Positions 1 to 10,474 of a stretch of DNA of 64,000 bases are shown in pieces (within the stretch, counting starts at the first letter, position 1; every line of letters starts with the position of its first letter). The stretch comes from Acidobacteriota bacterium (lineage in GTDB: Bacteria; Acidobacteriota; UBA6911). The position numbers were made by a program, and so were the translations under genes. The notes under the pieces were generated by a model. It was not told the DNA's origin and did not search any database. It saw only the letters and a program-made list of their open reading frames with translations. The stretch is from NCBI GenBank assembly GCA_963664705.1, contig OY761556.1, positions 5,632,001-5,696,000 of the forward strand. The letters are read 5' to 3'.

Positions 1-112
1 TACAAAGTGCTATTTCCGAGTTGATCGATACTCCGTACGCATTATCTTCCAGCCGTAATATTGCCAACAAAACGATTTGTTCAAACTCTCCCAGGGACGC
101 ATATGGAACCAT
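1..112 (-). CDS. PadR-family transcriptional regulator, N-terminal part (runs off the window)
   Basis: Manual translation of the minus strand from ATG 112 gives MVPYASLGEFEQIVLLAILRLEDNAYGVSINSEIALC, matching the LGEFEQ-VLLA-LRL-AYG pattern of PadR proteins abundant in Acidobacteria. Confidence 0.8.
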   Translation of the reverse strand, partial: MVPYASLGEFEQIVLLAILRLEDNAYGVSINSEIALC

Positions 113-130
113 GTCTACATTGTATGACAT
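111..130. promoter_or_regulatory. Imperfect palindrome overlapping the PadR start; probable autoregulatory operator
   Basis: ATGTCTACATTGTATGACAT versus its reverse complement ATGTCATACAATGTAGACAT. Confidence 0.45.
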
Positions 131-251
131 ATCATGAATAAAAACCATAAAAGACCATAAATCCTAAGAAACGGGCTTGTAGGAAACTATCCCGTGCCGT
201 GGCAAACTGGTAAAGGGTATTTGAGTGAAGCCGCTATTATTGGGAGATCCG

Positions 252-1067
252 ATGAATAATTCTTATGTCCATGGATATGATTTCAGGGAAGGCATACGCC
301 TGCAAGATCAGGCATCCACATTGATTGAACTCCTGCACTCTGACACTGCCTATTCTGCAGGAAGCCGTGTGCTTGAGGCTGGCTGCGGTGTGGGCGCACA
401 GACCATCACTCTGGCGAAAAACAGTCCTGGTGCGATCTTTACGTCAATCGATATTTCGCAAGCTTCATTGGCGGCTGCAAGACAAAGGATCATGGATACG
501 GATATTTCGAACGTGCATTTTCAGCAGGCTGATCTCTTCAACCTGGAATTTCCGCCCGAGTCTTTTGATCATGTGTTCGTCTGTTTTGTGCTGGAACATT
601 TGTCCCGGCCAATTGCGGCACTCAAGGCTCTGAAAGGAGTTCTAAAGCCGGGGGGCACGATCGTGTCAATTGAAGGTGATCACGGATCAGCCTTCTTCTA
701 CCCGCAGAGTGAAGCGGCGCAAGCTGCAATACGATGCCAGGTTGAGCTGCAGAAACGTGGCGGCGGCAACGCTTTAATTGGGAGAGAGCTCTACCCGCTG
801 CTGTATGCAGCCGGTTTTCAAGAGGTTAGTATCTCTCCTCGGATGGTTTATGTTGATTCAAGCAAACCCAAGCTTGTCGATGGCTTCACGCGGAAAACCT
901 TTACTGCAATGATAGAAGGAGTGCGCGAGCCCGCGATATTGGCCGGCATGATCAATCCACAGCTTTTTGATGCCGGAATAAGGGATCTCCATAGGACGAC
1001 GGAATCTGATGGGGTGTTCTGCTACACGTTCTTTAAGGCCTGTGGCATAAGGGCTATCCGCCAATAG
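252..1067 (+). CDS. Class I SAM-dependent methyltransferase
   Basis: VLEAGCGVG motif I, FDHVF, LKPGG; ATG 252 follows a GGGAGA RBS. Confidence 0.9.
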   Translation: MNNSYVHGYDFREGIRLQDQASTLIELLHSDTAYSAGSRVLEAGCGVGAQTITLAKNSPGAIFTSIDISQASLAAARQRIMDTDISNVHFQQADLFNLEFPPESFDHVFVCFVLEHLSRPIAALKALKGVLKPGGTIVSIEGDHGSAFFYPQSEAAQAAIRCQVELQKRGGGNALIGRELYPLLYAAGFQEVSISPRMVYVDSSKPKLVDGFTRKTFTAMIEGVREPAILAGMINPQLFDAGIRDLHRTTESDGVFCYTFFKACGIRAIRQ

Positions 1068-1230
1068 CCCCCTCACTTTCCGCAAACAGGCTGTTGTTTT
1101 TGCCCGGCCGCGATGCTAACCGGCTGAGATGGTTATTTATAATGTAAATTGCAATCGCTGAAAGGAACGAGACAACCATATGGGATACTGCAAAACGGCT
1201 GCGGACCATTTGCGCGACGTCGGAATGGCG

Positions 1231-3435
1231 CTAAGCCATTTTTGCAAGGCTTGTCAGCCTCTCCCGGAGTTTTGACCATCGTCCGCGGTCCTTATTTCCG
1301 CGCACGGCTAACCCTACGGCCTTCCTTTGACCTACGAGTACTACCAGCTTCTGACCGCGTGTGATGCCGGTATAGACGAGATTTCGTTCCAGCATCATGT
1401 AGTGCTGCATCATGATTGGGATGACAATGGCGGGGTACTCAGAACCTTGGCTTTTATGAATCGTGGTGGCGTAGCAGAGCATTATTTCATCGAGTTCGCC
1501 GAAACCATAGGTCACGGTACGCCCATCGAAGTTAATCATGACCTCATTGGCGTCGGTGTCGATGGCAGTGACAAACCCAATATCTCCATTAAAGGCTTCC
1601 TTTTCGTAGTCGTTCTCCGTTTGCATCACCTTGTCGCCGACCCGATAGGTATACCCGAAGCGTTCAACCGAGGGTTGGCCGGCGCTGCCGGAATTGAGCG
1701 CCTTTTGAAGCTCGACATTCAGCGATCGAGCTCCGACGCCGCCACGTTGCATTGGGCATAGAACCTGGATGTCGCGGATCGGATCGAGACCAAATCGACG
1801 CGGAATGCGAGTCTTTACCAATTCAACGATCTTGGACATCGCATCCTCAGGTTCTGAGGCATCGATGAAATAAAAATCGGTCTCATCGTCCTTGGATAGC
1901 GTCAGTTCCGGCATGTGCCCCTTATTAACACGATGGGCATTGGTGATAATCCTGCTCTTGGCAGCTTGCCGGAAGATTTCGGTCAGGCGAGTCACTGGCA
2001 CGATCCCGGAGGCAATGATATCTGCCAGCACCTGCCCGGGACCGACTGACGGCAATTGATCCGCATCGCCGACTATAATGACTGCAGCATGGTCGGGCAC
2101 CGCCCGTAAAAGCTGAGCCATCAGGGGCACGTCCACCATGGAAGTTTCGTCAATAACGAGCAGATCTGATTCAAGCGGGAAATCGGCGGATCGCTTGAAT
2201 CCACCATTGATGGGATCGAACTCCAACATACGGTGGATAGTTTTCGCTTCAAGCCCGGTACTCTCCGATAAACGCTTTGCAGCTCTCCCGGTGGGAGCGC
2301 CCAGCGCAACCTTGATGCCTTTAGCCATGACTATCTTGAGGATGGAGTTGACGATTGTAGTTTTGCCGACTCCCGGGCCACCCGTTATCGCCAAAGCCTT
2401 AGCCTTTAATGCGATGGCTACTGCCTCCTTTTGGCTTTCGGCCAGCGAGACTCCCAACTTGTTCTCGACCCACGGTATTGCCTTGGCGGGATCAATGGTT
2501 AGCCATGGCATGGCTCCCGAAGACAGCCTGCCCAGTTTTTCCGCAACGGTTTTTTCGGCATGCCATAAATGGGGCAGAAAGATGCAGTCCTTATCCCCGA
2601 TATTGTCGGCGATCACGTTGCCTTCCTGAAGTTCCAGTGCCAGAGCATCGGGAAGAGAAGCCTTTGGGACCTCCAGGATCTGGGCGGCAAGTTCAAGCAG
2701 GCCGTCTTTGGGAAGGGCGCAGTGGCCCTCACCGATGGCTTCCATTAGTGTGTGGGATATGCCCGCCCGGACCCGAACCATCGATGTCTTTTCTATGCCC
2801 AGGCGCTCGGCAATTTCGTCAGCGGTCTTGAACCCGATACCTCGAATATCGCGTGCCAGCCGGTATGGGTTTTCCATCATCAACGGTATCGCTTCAACTC
2901 CATACGTTTTATATATCCGGACTGCCCTCGCTGTGCCAACGCCATGAGATTGGAGGAAAAGCATGATTTCCCGAATGGCCTTCTGGTCTGCCCATCCAGC
3001 GGCGATTCTCTTCGCCCGCACGGGACCGATGCCGTCAATCTCCTTCAACTTGTCGGGGGTTTGCTCGATCACTTCGAACACTGCTTCTCGAAAAGCGTCA
3101 ACTAGTTTCTTTGCATAAACCGGGCCGATGCCCTTGATCATGCCGGAACCCAGATAGCGTTCAATGCCCTCGGTCGTTGTCGGCGGGGTTACTTTGAGAA
3201 AGTCGGCTTTGAATTGAAGGCCGTGATCACGGTGATTGTCCCATCGACCGCTTGCGTGGACGAATTCACCAGGCTGAATTGACGCGGCTGAACCCACGAG
3301 CGTCACCAAATCCCGGTTGCCGCGTGTTTTGACCTGGAGGACACAAAACCCGGTTTCCGGACTGTGAAAGGTAACCCTTTCAACCAACCCTGCCAAAGAC
3401 TCTTTCTCTGATTCTGTTTGCCGGTGCTGCGTCAT
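1231..3435 (-). CDS. recD2: RecD2-like SF1B ATP-dependent DNA helicase
   Basis: N-terminal HhH region (IKGIGP), Walker A GGPGVGKT, DETSM, GDADQLPSVG, YATTIHKSQGSEY, YTGITR. Confidence 0.93.
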   Translation of the reverse strand: MTQHRQTESEKESLAGLVERVTFHSPETGFCVLQVKTRGNRDLVTLVGSAASIQPGEFVHASGRWDNHRDHGLQFKADFLKVTPPTTTEGIERYLGSGMIKGIGPVYAKKLVDAFREAVFEVIEQTPDKLKEIDGIGPVRAKRIAAGWADQKAIREIMLFLQSHGVGTARAVRIYKTYGVEAIPLMMENPYRLARDIRGIGFKTADEIAERLGIEKTSMVRVRAGISHTLMEAIGEGHCALPKDGLLELAAQILEVPKASLPDALALELQEGNVIADNIGDKDCIFLPHLWHAEKTVAEKLGRLSSGAMPWLTIDPAKAIPWVENKLGVSLAESQKEAVAIALKAKALAITGGPGVGKTTIVNSILKIVMAKGIKVALGAPTGRAAKRLSESTGLEAKTIHRMLEFDPINGGFKRSADFPLESDLLVIDETSMVDVPLMAQLLRAVPDHAAVIIVGDADQLPSVGPGQVLADIIASGIVPVTRLTEIFRQAAKSRIITNAHRVNKGHMPELTLSKDDETDFYFIDASEPEDAMSKIVELVKTRIPRRFGLDPIRDIQVLCPMQRGGVGARSLNVELQKALNSGSAGQPSVERFGYTYRVGDKVMQTENDYEKEAFNGDIGFVTAIDTDANEVMINFDGRTVTYGFGELDEIMLCYATTIHKSQGSEYPAIVIPIMMQHYMMLERNLVYTGITRGQKLVVLVGQRKAVGLAVRGNKDRGRWSKLRERLTSLAKMA

Positions 3436-3949
3436 AATTTCGGTGACCGCATTTTATATTTCACGCCACTGATCCTGGCCAACTTTCATCGCTTGTCGAT
3501 TTGTCGCCTGAAATTCATGGGAATTCCTATAGCCCGGGTTTCCGTAATCATTCCATGGAGTCTCCCACCCAAACTCATTACTCCGACTTATTAGAGAGCC
3601 TATAACCTGACGGTTGCAGGGAGCAATAGAATCCCATAGAAACAAATATAGCCTCTCTTGCTCTTAGCAATGCTTTTCAATTTATAAGCCGCCGGATGAA
3701 GTATCGGATCTGACTTTTGCAAACAAGCCCGCCAGCCTGCACGAAAGTTTTATTCATCGCAAATTTGGGCGGGCTGGCCACAAACCTCATGGCATAAAGC
3801 AACCGGTATATAAATCCCTTACTTTATTCCTCAATTGGTTTGCCAATAATCCAAGGTACGATCGATGATGTGGACGGATAATCGCAAAATCAACATTGTC
3901 TTAGAACGCTTGGTTCCGTTATCCTGCCATCCATCTGAGGGTTCCAATC

Positions 3950-4834
3950 ATGCATAAGTTTCTTTTTGTCCTTATCGGAATTCCATTGCTCCTGTTCTGC
4001 CGCCTCGGCAACGCCCAACCGCAGGGCATTACAATGGATATGATAAATACAACCCTGCCCCTGGAAGGAGCTCCTCCCGCTGTGCCGGGTTCCTACAAAG
4101 TTACATCGGAGATTACATTCGGCTCCCCCGGCCATGTCCTATTCCGCCCCGCCGATCTTCGCGGATTCCCTAAGAAAGATATCTTGCCAGTGCTGGTTTG
4201 GGGCAATGGGGGCTGCGCCATCGACAGCACACGTTACGAAGGATTCCTAAGCACTATCGCATCACACGGTTTCCTCGTGTTGGCTACGGCTGGCGTGGAA
4301 GGCGAAAAGCAGCGACAGGCTACGGCCCAAGACCTCCTGTCTGCCATTGACTGGGCAGAAGCCGAAAACAAACGCGAAGGGTCGCCGCTCAACGGCAAAA
4401 TTGATACGAGCCGCGTTGCGGTCATGGGCCAATCCTGCGGCGGAATGTTGTCGGTAAGACTCGGCGCAGATCCTCGTGTCGACACAATCGGAGTCTTCAA
4501 TGCCGGCGTTCAGCCTGGGAACCCCAATGCGCTTCCGCTTCTGCACGGGCCGGTGTTGTTGATTAACGGACATGAACGGGATTTCATGATGAAAACCTCG
4601 GCGGCAAACTTTGCACTAATCAATCACGTACCGGTGTTTTACGGCGCTCGCCATAATGCAGGACACACGGCAACCGTCTTCCACCCGGGCGGCGGTGAGT
4701 ATGCCAATGTGGCGGCAAACTGGCTACGGTATTTGTTCAAGGGAGATAAAGACGCGGGCAAAATGTTCGTAGGTAAGAATTGCGGGCTGTGCACCAATCC
4801 GAACTGGGATACTAACTCAAAGAAGCTCGAATAA
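3950..4834 (+). CDS. Exported alpha/beta hydrolase (chlorophyllase/cutinase-like)
   Basis: Signal peptide, WGNGGC, IASHGFLV, nucleophile elbow GQSCGG, C-terminal CGLC. Confidence 0.8.
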   Translation: MHKFLFVLIGIPLLLFCRLGNAQPQGITMDMINTTLPLEGAPPAVPGSYKVTSEITFGSPGHVLFRPADLRGFPKKDILPVLVWGNGGCAIDSTRYEGFLSTIASHGFLVLATAGVEGEKQRQATAQDLLSAIDWAEAENKREGSPLNGKIDTSRVAVMGQSCGGMLSVRLGADPRVDTIGVFNAGVQPGNPNALPLLHGPVLLINGHERDFMMKTSAANFALINHVPVFYGARHNAGHTATVFHPGGGEYANVAANWLRYLFKGDKDAGKMFVGKNCGLCTNPNWDTNSKKLE

Positions 4835-4914
4835 AGCGGTGACAGGCGCGTTCCCGGAATCGGAAGCCTCAACCCGCAATAACCAGGATCGTGCGTTTCA
4901 GGTAGATACTCCGG

Positions 4915-5295
4915 ATGGAATATGGAACGAAGTACTTTGTTCTTGCTGAAGGGAAGATCCAGGAAATCGGGATTGAACGTCTTGCGCAACTATACCATGG
5001 CGTGGTGCCTGAATATGCCGGGCAGAAGATTCCGTATGCAACCCTGATGTTTGAACGCGTGGGCGACAAACTAAAAGACCTGCGCTACTGGCAGGGTGGC
5101 TACCTTGTCTTCGATAAACAGGGAAAGTCAGATGAGATTAGCGGGCAGACTGTTATCGAATTGTCACTGACTACTGAAAAAGATCCCAGGTCTTTCGTCG
5201 CAAAAAGAGCGGACCAGATTCGAAGAGAAAGGGCCTGGCACCCGACGGACGAACAGTTGAACCAGATGATTGCACTCGCAAGAAGGAAAAGCTAA
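4915..5295 (+). CDS. Hypothetical protein
   Basis: 126-aa ORF with protein-like composition filling the gap between flanking genes. Confidence 0.6.
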   Translation: MEYGTKYFVLAEGKIQEIGIERLAQLYHGVVPEYAGQKIPYATLMFERVGDKLKDLRYWQGGYLVFDKQGKSDEISGQTVIELSLTTEKDPRSFVAKRADQIRRERAWHPTDEQLNQMIALARRKS

Positions 5296-5402
5296 GGCTA
5301 TTCCGGCCATATTGATGAAGACGGGAGTCGCATCGGTTTTGCTTCGGACGCCACTCCTATTTCAGAACTAAGCACCCCCCACAGCAAGGCTATTCTCATT
5401 AC

Positions 5403-5535
5403 ATCCGCTACACCGCTACAAGTGACAATTGGCGCGGGTTTGATGGGTTGAGGATCCGCTACAGATTTGCCCAATGAGGGCAATCAGAATCCTCCGGGAG
5501 CCGCACCAGAAGCGGGTTGTAGCGGTGTAGCGGAT
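5403..5535. repeat. Iteron-like inverted repeat at the 3' end of the Rep gene; putative origin
   Basis: ATCCGCTACACCGCTACAA (5403-5421) and its exact reverse complement (5517-5535), plus ATCCGCTACA at about 5454. Confidence 0.7.
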
Positions 5536-7682
5536 GAAAAACCGGAGAGGTACCGGGAAAACCCGTCCGCAAAATCCTCAAGCTCATAACCCCGGATATT
5601 TGCTTCTTCCATCCTCAACTGCTTAGGGCGGATACCTAGTGGTTCCAGCAAGCGCGCCAGCTGTCGTACCGTAATTGGCTGTCCATTGCGCCATTCGGGC
5701 CAGGGGTGTTCTTCTATGTCGCCAAGTTTGGAACAGATTTCCGCGCTGGCTAACCGACCAACCTCTGCCTTTTTAAATATGGTCAAAATGTCGGCAAGTA
5801 ACAAAGCCCGTTTTGATGCATCGCTGTTTTCACGCGATAGCCTGATAGCGCATTCACGGCCGTATTCTGCCCATCTTTTACCTGTGAGTTCAGCGATTGC
5901 CAATAAAGGGCGCCATGAATCCTGGGCACGATCGTTCAGGGTTGCTGGAATCTGTGGTTCCCAATCGGTCAGACCGGCAAGATTATCCTTCGCCCATCGG
6001 ATCGCTTTTTGACGCAAGTGTTGAAGTTCCTCGAAGATGCGGTCTGAGCGCAGCCGCTCGGATTTCTCGCCCGGTCTTTTTCTTCGCATTTCTATGATGA
6101 TGCCGCGATCCATGATCGTCTCCTGCGGTTTGTCAATCTGGGCGATGGCCTTGGGTCCAAAGGTATTGAAAATCCTTGGCTCATAATCATCGCCCACGGT
6201 TCTGACAACATAGGAGCTTGAGCTTCGATAGCCGCTATTGATAATTCCTTTCAATTCGTCGTTGTTGTGGAGGAATGTATCTGCTTCGTCCAGCAGCAAT
6301 GTCGGTTTGTATTTTTCAATCGCCCGAAACAGTGAGGAAGCTGTGATATTTGATGCTGGCAATGGACGGAAAACCAGGTTCAGCAGCAGTTCCAGGAGTA
6401 AGGTTTTGCCGCATCTTTTTTCGGGGCTTTTGATTACCAGAATTGGACAGATGGAGGTTGCCTCGATAGCGTAGGTGTGCAGAATCCAAAGGGCAACGGC
6501 CTTTATTTCGTCGGAAGGCATGATGATGAATCGACACAGGGAATTGGCGATTTCATCCAACAGCAAAGCCCCGTCGACAGGGTGGGCCCATGGATCCGGC
6601 GTGGAAAAGGCAATTTTGTTCTTATCCTCCTCCTGATCCGGACGTGCCAATGCTGCGCTGACAAGCTGAGCGGGTGCCTGGATCCCTATATCGGAAAGAT
6701 GTTTTACCGCGTCAGCGCGAACGGCTGCTTCGCGAAGCATATCTACTCCGGCAACCTCGCGGCGGAGCTGCCGAAGAGCAGATTCGACGTCATCTATTGT
6801 GCTTTGGTCTGTCAATGCTCCAATGCCGGCCCTTTCCAGGAGCCTGCTTGCTGCATCTGGCTGCCTTCGGGCTGCGCTTTCAATCAATGACAGCATTCGT
6901 TTTGGACCACCATCGGGATGCGCCAGAAAATCATCGGCACCGGCCTTATCCAGACCGGGCAAATCGGGTAGATCCACCTGCAGCACATCGGAACCTCGAC
7001 GTTCAAGTTCACACACAAGCGCCTTCCTGGCTTGCTCAACTGAATGATTGCGTATCGCATCGCTATCAAAAATGACGATAACTTTTCTCTGCTTCCAGGG
7101 GATCCTATCCAGGTCCGGAATGGGACCTTTTACCGGACGAATGCCGCCGTCTGGACCGGGTTCCTTACCAATGGTTCCGCGCCAATTCCATACTCCGCTC
7201 AATCCAATTGGTACAAATCTCATCTCAGATGAGTCCTGACCCGCAAGCCTCCGGAAAGACAAAGCCTTTTTCTCTCCCTCAACGACTATTACCGGCACCG
7301 TCGTATCACTGAGAAGTTCGGGATCCACTCCGCATGGGATATACAAAAGATTACTTCGACCAGGTGCAGAGAGATATTTCCGCTTCTCTTTTACAGTTCC
7401 ATCGGGTTTGTGTTCCAATTCCGGGTGATCGCGCCGCAGGCGATAATCTCGTGGCGTGTCTTCACCAGGCCATTTGTAAGGGAATATCAGGCCTGCGTAG
7501 TCGCCCGTACCATTTCGGCCGACGACCTGAGATCCATCCTGTGATGTCACGCGCCTGATGCCGGCAGCGTTGGCAAGCTCGCGGGAAATCCAGGATCGCT
7601 CGAGCATCAAGTAATCCTGTTGCGTCAGGGCATTTCGAGCCATGCAATCTTTTTTCTTTGGAATCATTCCTCTGCCTTCCAT
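5484..7682 (-). CDS. DUF3854 (Toprim-like) plus DUF3631 primase/replication protein
   Basis: VVEGEKKAL, FDSD and GADD Toprim-type motifs; KRCGKT and LLLDEAD P-loop; LNDRAQDSWRPLLAIA and PWPEW...GY C-terminus. Confidence 0.8.
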   Translation of the reverse strand: MEGRGMIPKKKDCMARNALTQQDYLMLERSWISRELANAAGIRRVTSQDGSQVVGRNGTGDYAGLIFPYKWPGEDTPRDYRLRRDHPELEHKPDGTVKEKRKYLSAPGRSNLLYIPCGVDPELLSDTTVPVIVVEGEKKALSFRRLAGQDSSEMRFVPIGLSGVWNWRGTIGKEPGPDGGIRPVKGPIPDLDRIPWKQRKVIVIFDSDAIRNHSVEQARKALVCELERRGSDVLQVDLPDLPGLDKAGADDFLAHPDGGPKRMLSLIESAARRQPDAASRLLERAGIGALTDQSTIDDVESALRQLRREVAGVDMLREAAVRADAVKHLSDIGIQAPAQLVSAALARPDQEEDKNKIAFSTPDPWAHPVDGALLLDEIANSLCRFIIMPSDEIKAVALWILHTYAIEATSICPILVIKSPEKRCGKTLLLELLLNLVFRPLPASNITASSLFRAIEKYKPTLLLDEADTFLHNNDELKGIINSGYRSSSSYVVRTVGDDYEPRIFNTFGPKAIAQIDKPQETIMDRGIIIEMRRKRPGEKSERLRSDRIFEELQHLRQKAIRWAKDNLAGLTDWEPQIPATLNDRAQDSWRPLLAIAELTGKRWAEYGRECAIRLSRENSDASKRALLLADILTIFKKAEVGRLASAEICSKLGDIEEHPWPEWRNGQPITVRQLARLLEPLGIRPKQLRMEEANIRGYELEDFADGFSRYLSGFSSATPLQPASGAAPGGF

Positions 7683-7692
7683 CCATTGGTGG

Positions 7693-7953
7693 TTACCCTA
7701 CATTTTTAAGCAAAGCATCCCTTTTGATCAATTTCCCCTCGGCAACTTTCAAACTGCGCGAAGGCATCGGACCGCATTCCTTGTTGCGCGACTTTATCCA
7801 CTCATCAACTTCAGATTCATCCCAAGCTACCATCTTGCCCGTTACAAGCCGACGCTTGGGAAAGAGCCCGTCACGCTCTAGTCTCCAGATGGTTGTTCGA
7901 GACAGTCCCCCCGTTTTTGCCTGAACTCCCGAAAGCCGCAGAAGGTTTGCCAT
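7693..7953 (-). CDS. AlpA-family regulator / recombination directionality factor
   Basis: LLRLSGVQAKTGGLSRTTIWRLERDGLFPKRR...VAWDESEVDEWI. Confidence 0.92.
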   Translation of the reverse strand: MANLLRLSGVQAKTGGLSRTTIWRLERDGLFPKRRLVTGKMVAWDESEVDEWIKSRNKECGPMPSRSLKVAEGKLIKRDALLKNVG

Positions 7954-8091
7954 AATTCTCTCCTCTAATTATCCCTGTTGGCTGGATGCCGTCCATCTTC
8001 TGGCCATTCCGTTGAACAGTGTTTAAGGGATGCCGTGCTGCTGTATGTTCACCTGGCATTGCCTTTGAGCCGGGTGGCGTACAGTTCCGAG

Positions 8092-8315
8092 TCTCCTTTC
8101 TTTCCCTTTCTCCCGGGCACTGCTTCGCTTGACGGCCAAGGGCCTAGCCGCGCCCTGCGCTCGCCTCCGTTCTGCTTTCCCGGCACCCCCAGACAAGATT
8201 CTGCACTTCGTGTCCGCAGAATCTTGACCGGTACCCCCAAGAAAGCACTCCGGCTACTTGGGAGCGGCTGCGCTCGCGTTGGCGTGCCCCGGGAGAAAGG
8301 GGCAGAAAAGGAGAA
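8092..8315 (+). promoter_or_regulatory. Large nested hairpin upstream of radC; candidate ssDNA (Frpo/ssi-like) promoter
   Basis: Outer arms CTCCTTTCTTTCCCTTTCTCCCGGGCAC and GTGCCCCGGGAGAAAGGGGCAGAAAAGGAG; inner perfect 11-bp IR CAAGATTCTGC/GCAGAATCTTG. Confidence 0.55.
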
Positions 8316-8320
8316 ACAAA

Positions 8321-8833
8321 ATGAACAGAAAGCGAGCCACCCAAAATCAAAGCCTCTTCGCCATGATGAACCCTGAAACCACCGCAACGGCCAGATATAT
8401 CCCTGTTTATCATGTTGAACTTGTTCGCGATCGCTCCATTAAGGCGGCACCGAGGCCGTCGATTCACAATTCCGATGATGTCGTTGCAATCCTTCAGGAA
8501 GAACTCCTTTCGTCTGACCGGGAAAAGCTTGTTTGCCTCATGCTGAACGCCAAAAACGTTATCGTTGGCATGGATATTGTTTCGATTGGAACGTTGACCA
8601 TGTCGGTTGCGCATCCAAGGGAAATATTCAAATCAGCCATTCTGAAGAATGCAGCATGCATTATCCTCAGCCATGGACATCCATCAGGTGATCCGACGCC
8701 GAGCCGCGAGGATATTCAGCTAACGGAGCGAATTCGGCAGGCAGGTGAAATCCTTGGCATCAAGCTTCTTGATCACATCATCATCGGCGAGAACGGGACC
8801 TTCAGCTTTCGCGATAGCGGCAGATTGCCATGA
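8321..8833 (+). CDS. radC: RadC-like JAB-domain protein
   Basis: REKL, HPREIFK, HGHPSGDPTPSRED, LLDHII; AAGGAG RBS before ATG 8321. Confidence 0.92.
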   Translation: MNRKRATQNQSLFAMMNPETTATARYIPVYHVELVRDRSIKAAPRPSIHNSDDVVAILQEELLSSDREKLVCLMLNAKNVIVGMDIVSIGTLTMSVAHPREIFKSAILKNAACIILSHGHPSGDPTPSREDIQLTERIRQAGEILGIKLLDHIIIGENGTFSFRDSGRLP

Positions 8834-8874
8834 CAGGCAGTATTTGTGGGTTCGCCGATGCCTGGCACAGTTTT

Positions 8875-9708
8875 TCACGCTGTCCGGGCAATAGAAGACT
8901 TTCTATATCCCCTAAATTGCAGCTTGCGCATACCTATGCCAAGCCCTTTTCGAAGTGCTCTGCTCAGTTTCTTTTGTGCAGTTTTTGCCTGCATTTTCAT
9001 GCACTCCGATGTCTCAGCCCATCCATGCTCCAAAGAAAGCCGCGAGTGCGCGATGCTTTTGCAGCCATGATCAAGCGAATCCAGCAATTCCCGATAGAGA
9101 ATTGAGTAATACATGATTCGCGCGTGCTTTCCCGAATCCGAGAAATTCCGAGTCCTGGCCGGATGAAAAGAACCAATGCGAACTGTTTTGTCAAATCCCT
9201 GAGCAAGTGCCACCGCCGAGGTTTCATGCCTGAATGCCGCAAAAATATATTTTCGTATGTCACGAATTTGTTCAGGATGGTCTTTATTACCGATGAGTTT
9301 ATCCACTACTGCATGTGTGGCTTTTGCCATGGCGTCAGCCGCGGCGGCAGGATCAACTCCCCGCTGCCTCGCAACTCTTCGGGATGTTCCCCACAGGCCA
9401 TATGCCTCAATCAAAATCTCAGCAGGCACATCATTGCCGCATTCGGTTCTGGGGTGGATCCAAAGAGCTTCCTTCTTGGCGAATAGGTTTGCCAGCGTTA
9501 CCTGCAGCAAGTCAGATTGCATATCTTGTGATGAGTTATCAATCCAATCCGGCCTCAATTCCCGATACGCTTCCTTGATGGTAGCGGTTAGCCCTGACTT
9601 TCCTTCCTTATGAGTCTTCAGCAAAAGCTGAATCCTTTTTGCCAAAGTGTTTTGAAATACTATTTGATCTTCAGGCGTGGACAATTTGCTCGCCCCTGAA
9701 TCAGACAT
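8875..9708 (-). CDS. Divergent sigma-70/ECF-like regulator
   Basis: GGAAAGGAGG RBS before ATG 9708; region-2-like IRDIRKYIFAAFRHE; region-4-like LDSLD...GWAETSECMKMQAKTAQKKLSRALRK. Confidence 0.55.
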   Translation of the reverse strand: MSDSGASKLSTPEDQIVFQNTLAKRIQLLLKTHKEGKSGLTATIKEAYRELRPDWIDNSSQDMQSDLLQVTLANLFAKKEALWIHPRTECGNDVPAEILIEAYGLWGTSRRVARQRGVDPAAAADAMAKATHAVVDKLIGNKDHPEQIRDIRKYIFAAFRHETSAVALAQGFDKTVRIGSFHPARTRNFSDSGKHARIMYYSILYRELLDSLDHGCKSIAHSRLSLEHGWAETSECMKMQAKTAQKKLSRALRKGLGIGMRKLQFRGYRKSSIARTA

Positions 9709-10474
9709 AAGAATCCTCCTTTCCAGGTAATTGTCAGAAAAGGAAAAACCCTTTCGATGAATGCCGCATTTGATTCGACTTGTGGCCTTGGGAAACAAAT
9801 TTGCTAAGCATCCGTTGCAAAATCAGGGCCACTCGACAGATTCGGGTGAATCGCGCATGGGTAAGTAAGGGATTCGGAGTGACAGAAGTGGCTAATGGGC
9901 TATAAAAGGAAAGGCTTAGGTTGCTCCCTGCTAATCTGAAACAAAACAAAGATGAATGCGGCACAGCCCGTGGCTGCCAGAAGAAATGTCGGAAATAGGA
10001 CAAAACATTTTTCAAAATATCGGCGCTGTTCTGCTCCCGGCTATGCAAATGAAGCTCATCTTTGCGGATTAAGTTACAAAGAGAAAGATTACTGCGGCCA
10101 ATAGCTCGACCGACCTTTCGGAAATCAATTCCCCAACAGATGGATGCTGCTTTATTTCGAAACAGAATGAACAGTCCTGAAACACAATGAATCGTCACTT
10201 CGAAAAAATCTTCAAAAACCCAAAATAATTTGTCGAATAACGCCCGCTTTTTTCACTCTTAACTAATGTAGGGGCACTCGTCAGAGAGTTTTGCTTCTAT
10301 TCCGATCTATCACTTGCTTTAGGCGAATCGTCAAGGGAAGGAAACCCGGAAAGGCTCGAGAAACACTGCAATGAGCGTTAAGCCCGCGAGCCTTTACCGG
10401 AGGTCGCTTTCCGTGAACCATGTTGGGTTGCCCCGCAGATCTATGTGTCACATTGCAAATCAAGGGGAGGTGGT

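Noticed and set aside
3454-3645. 63-aa ORF upstream of recD2
   Set aside because: No recognisable motif or convincing start; at most a gene remnant
9734-10463. ORFs 9734-10198 and 10281-10463
   Set aside because: Atypical composition, alternative starts, located in a divergent promoter region
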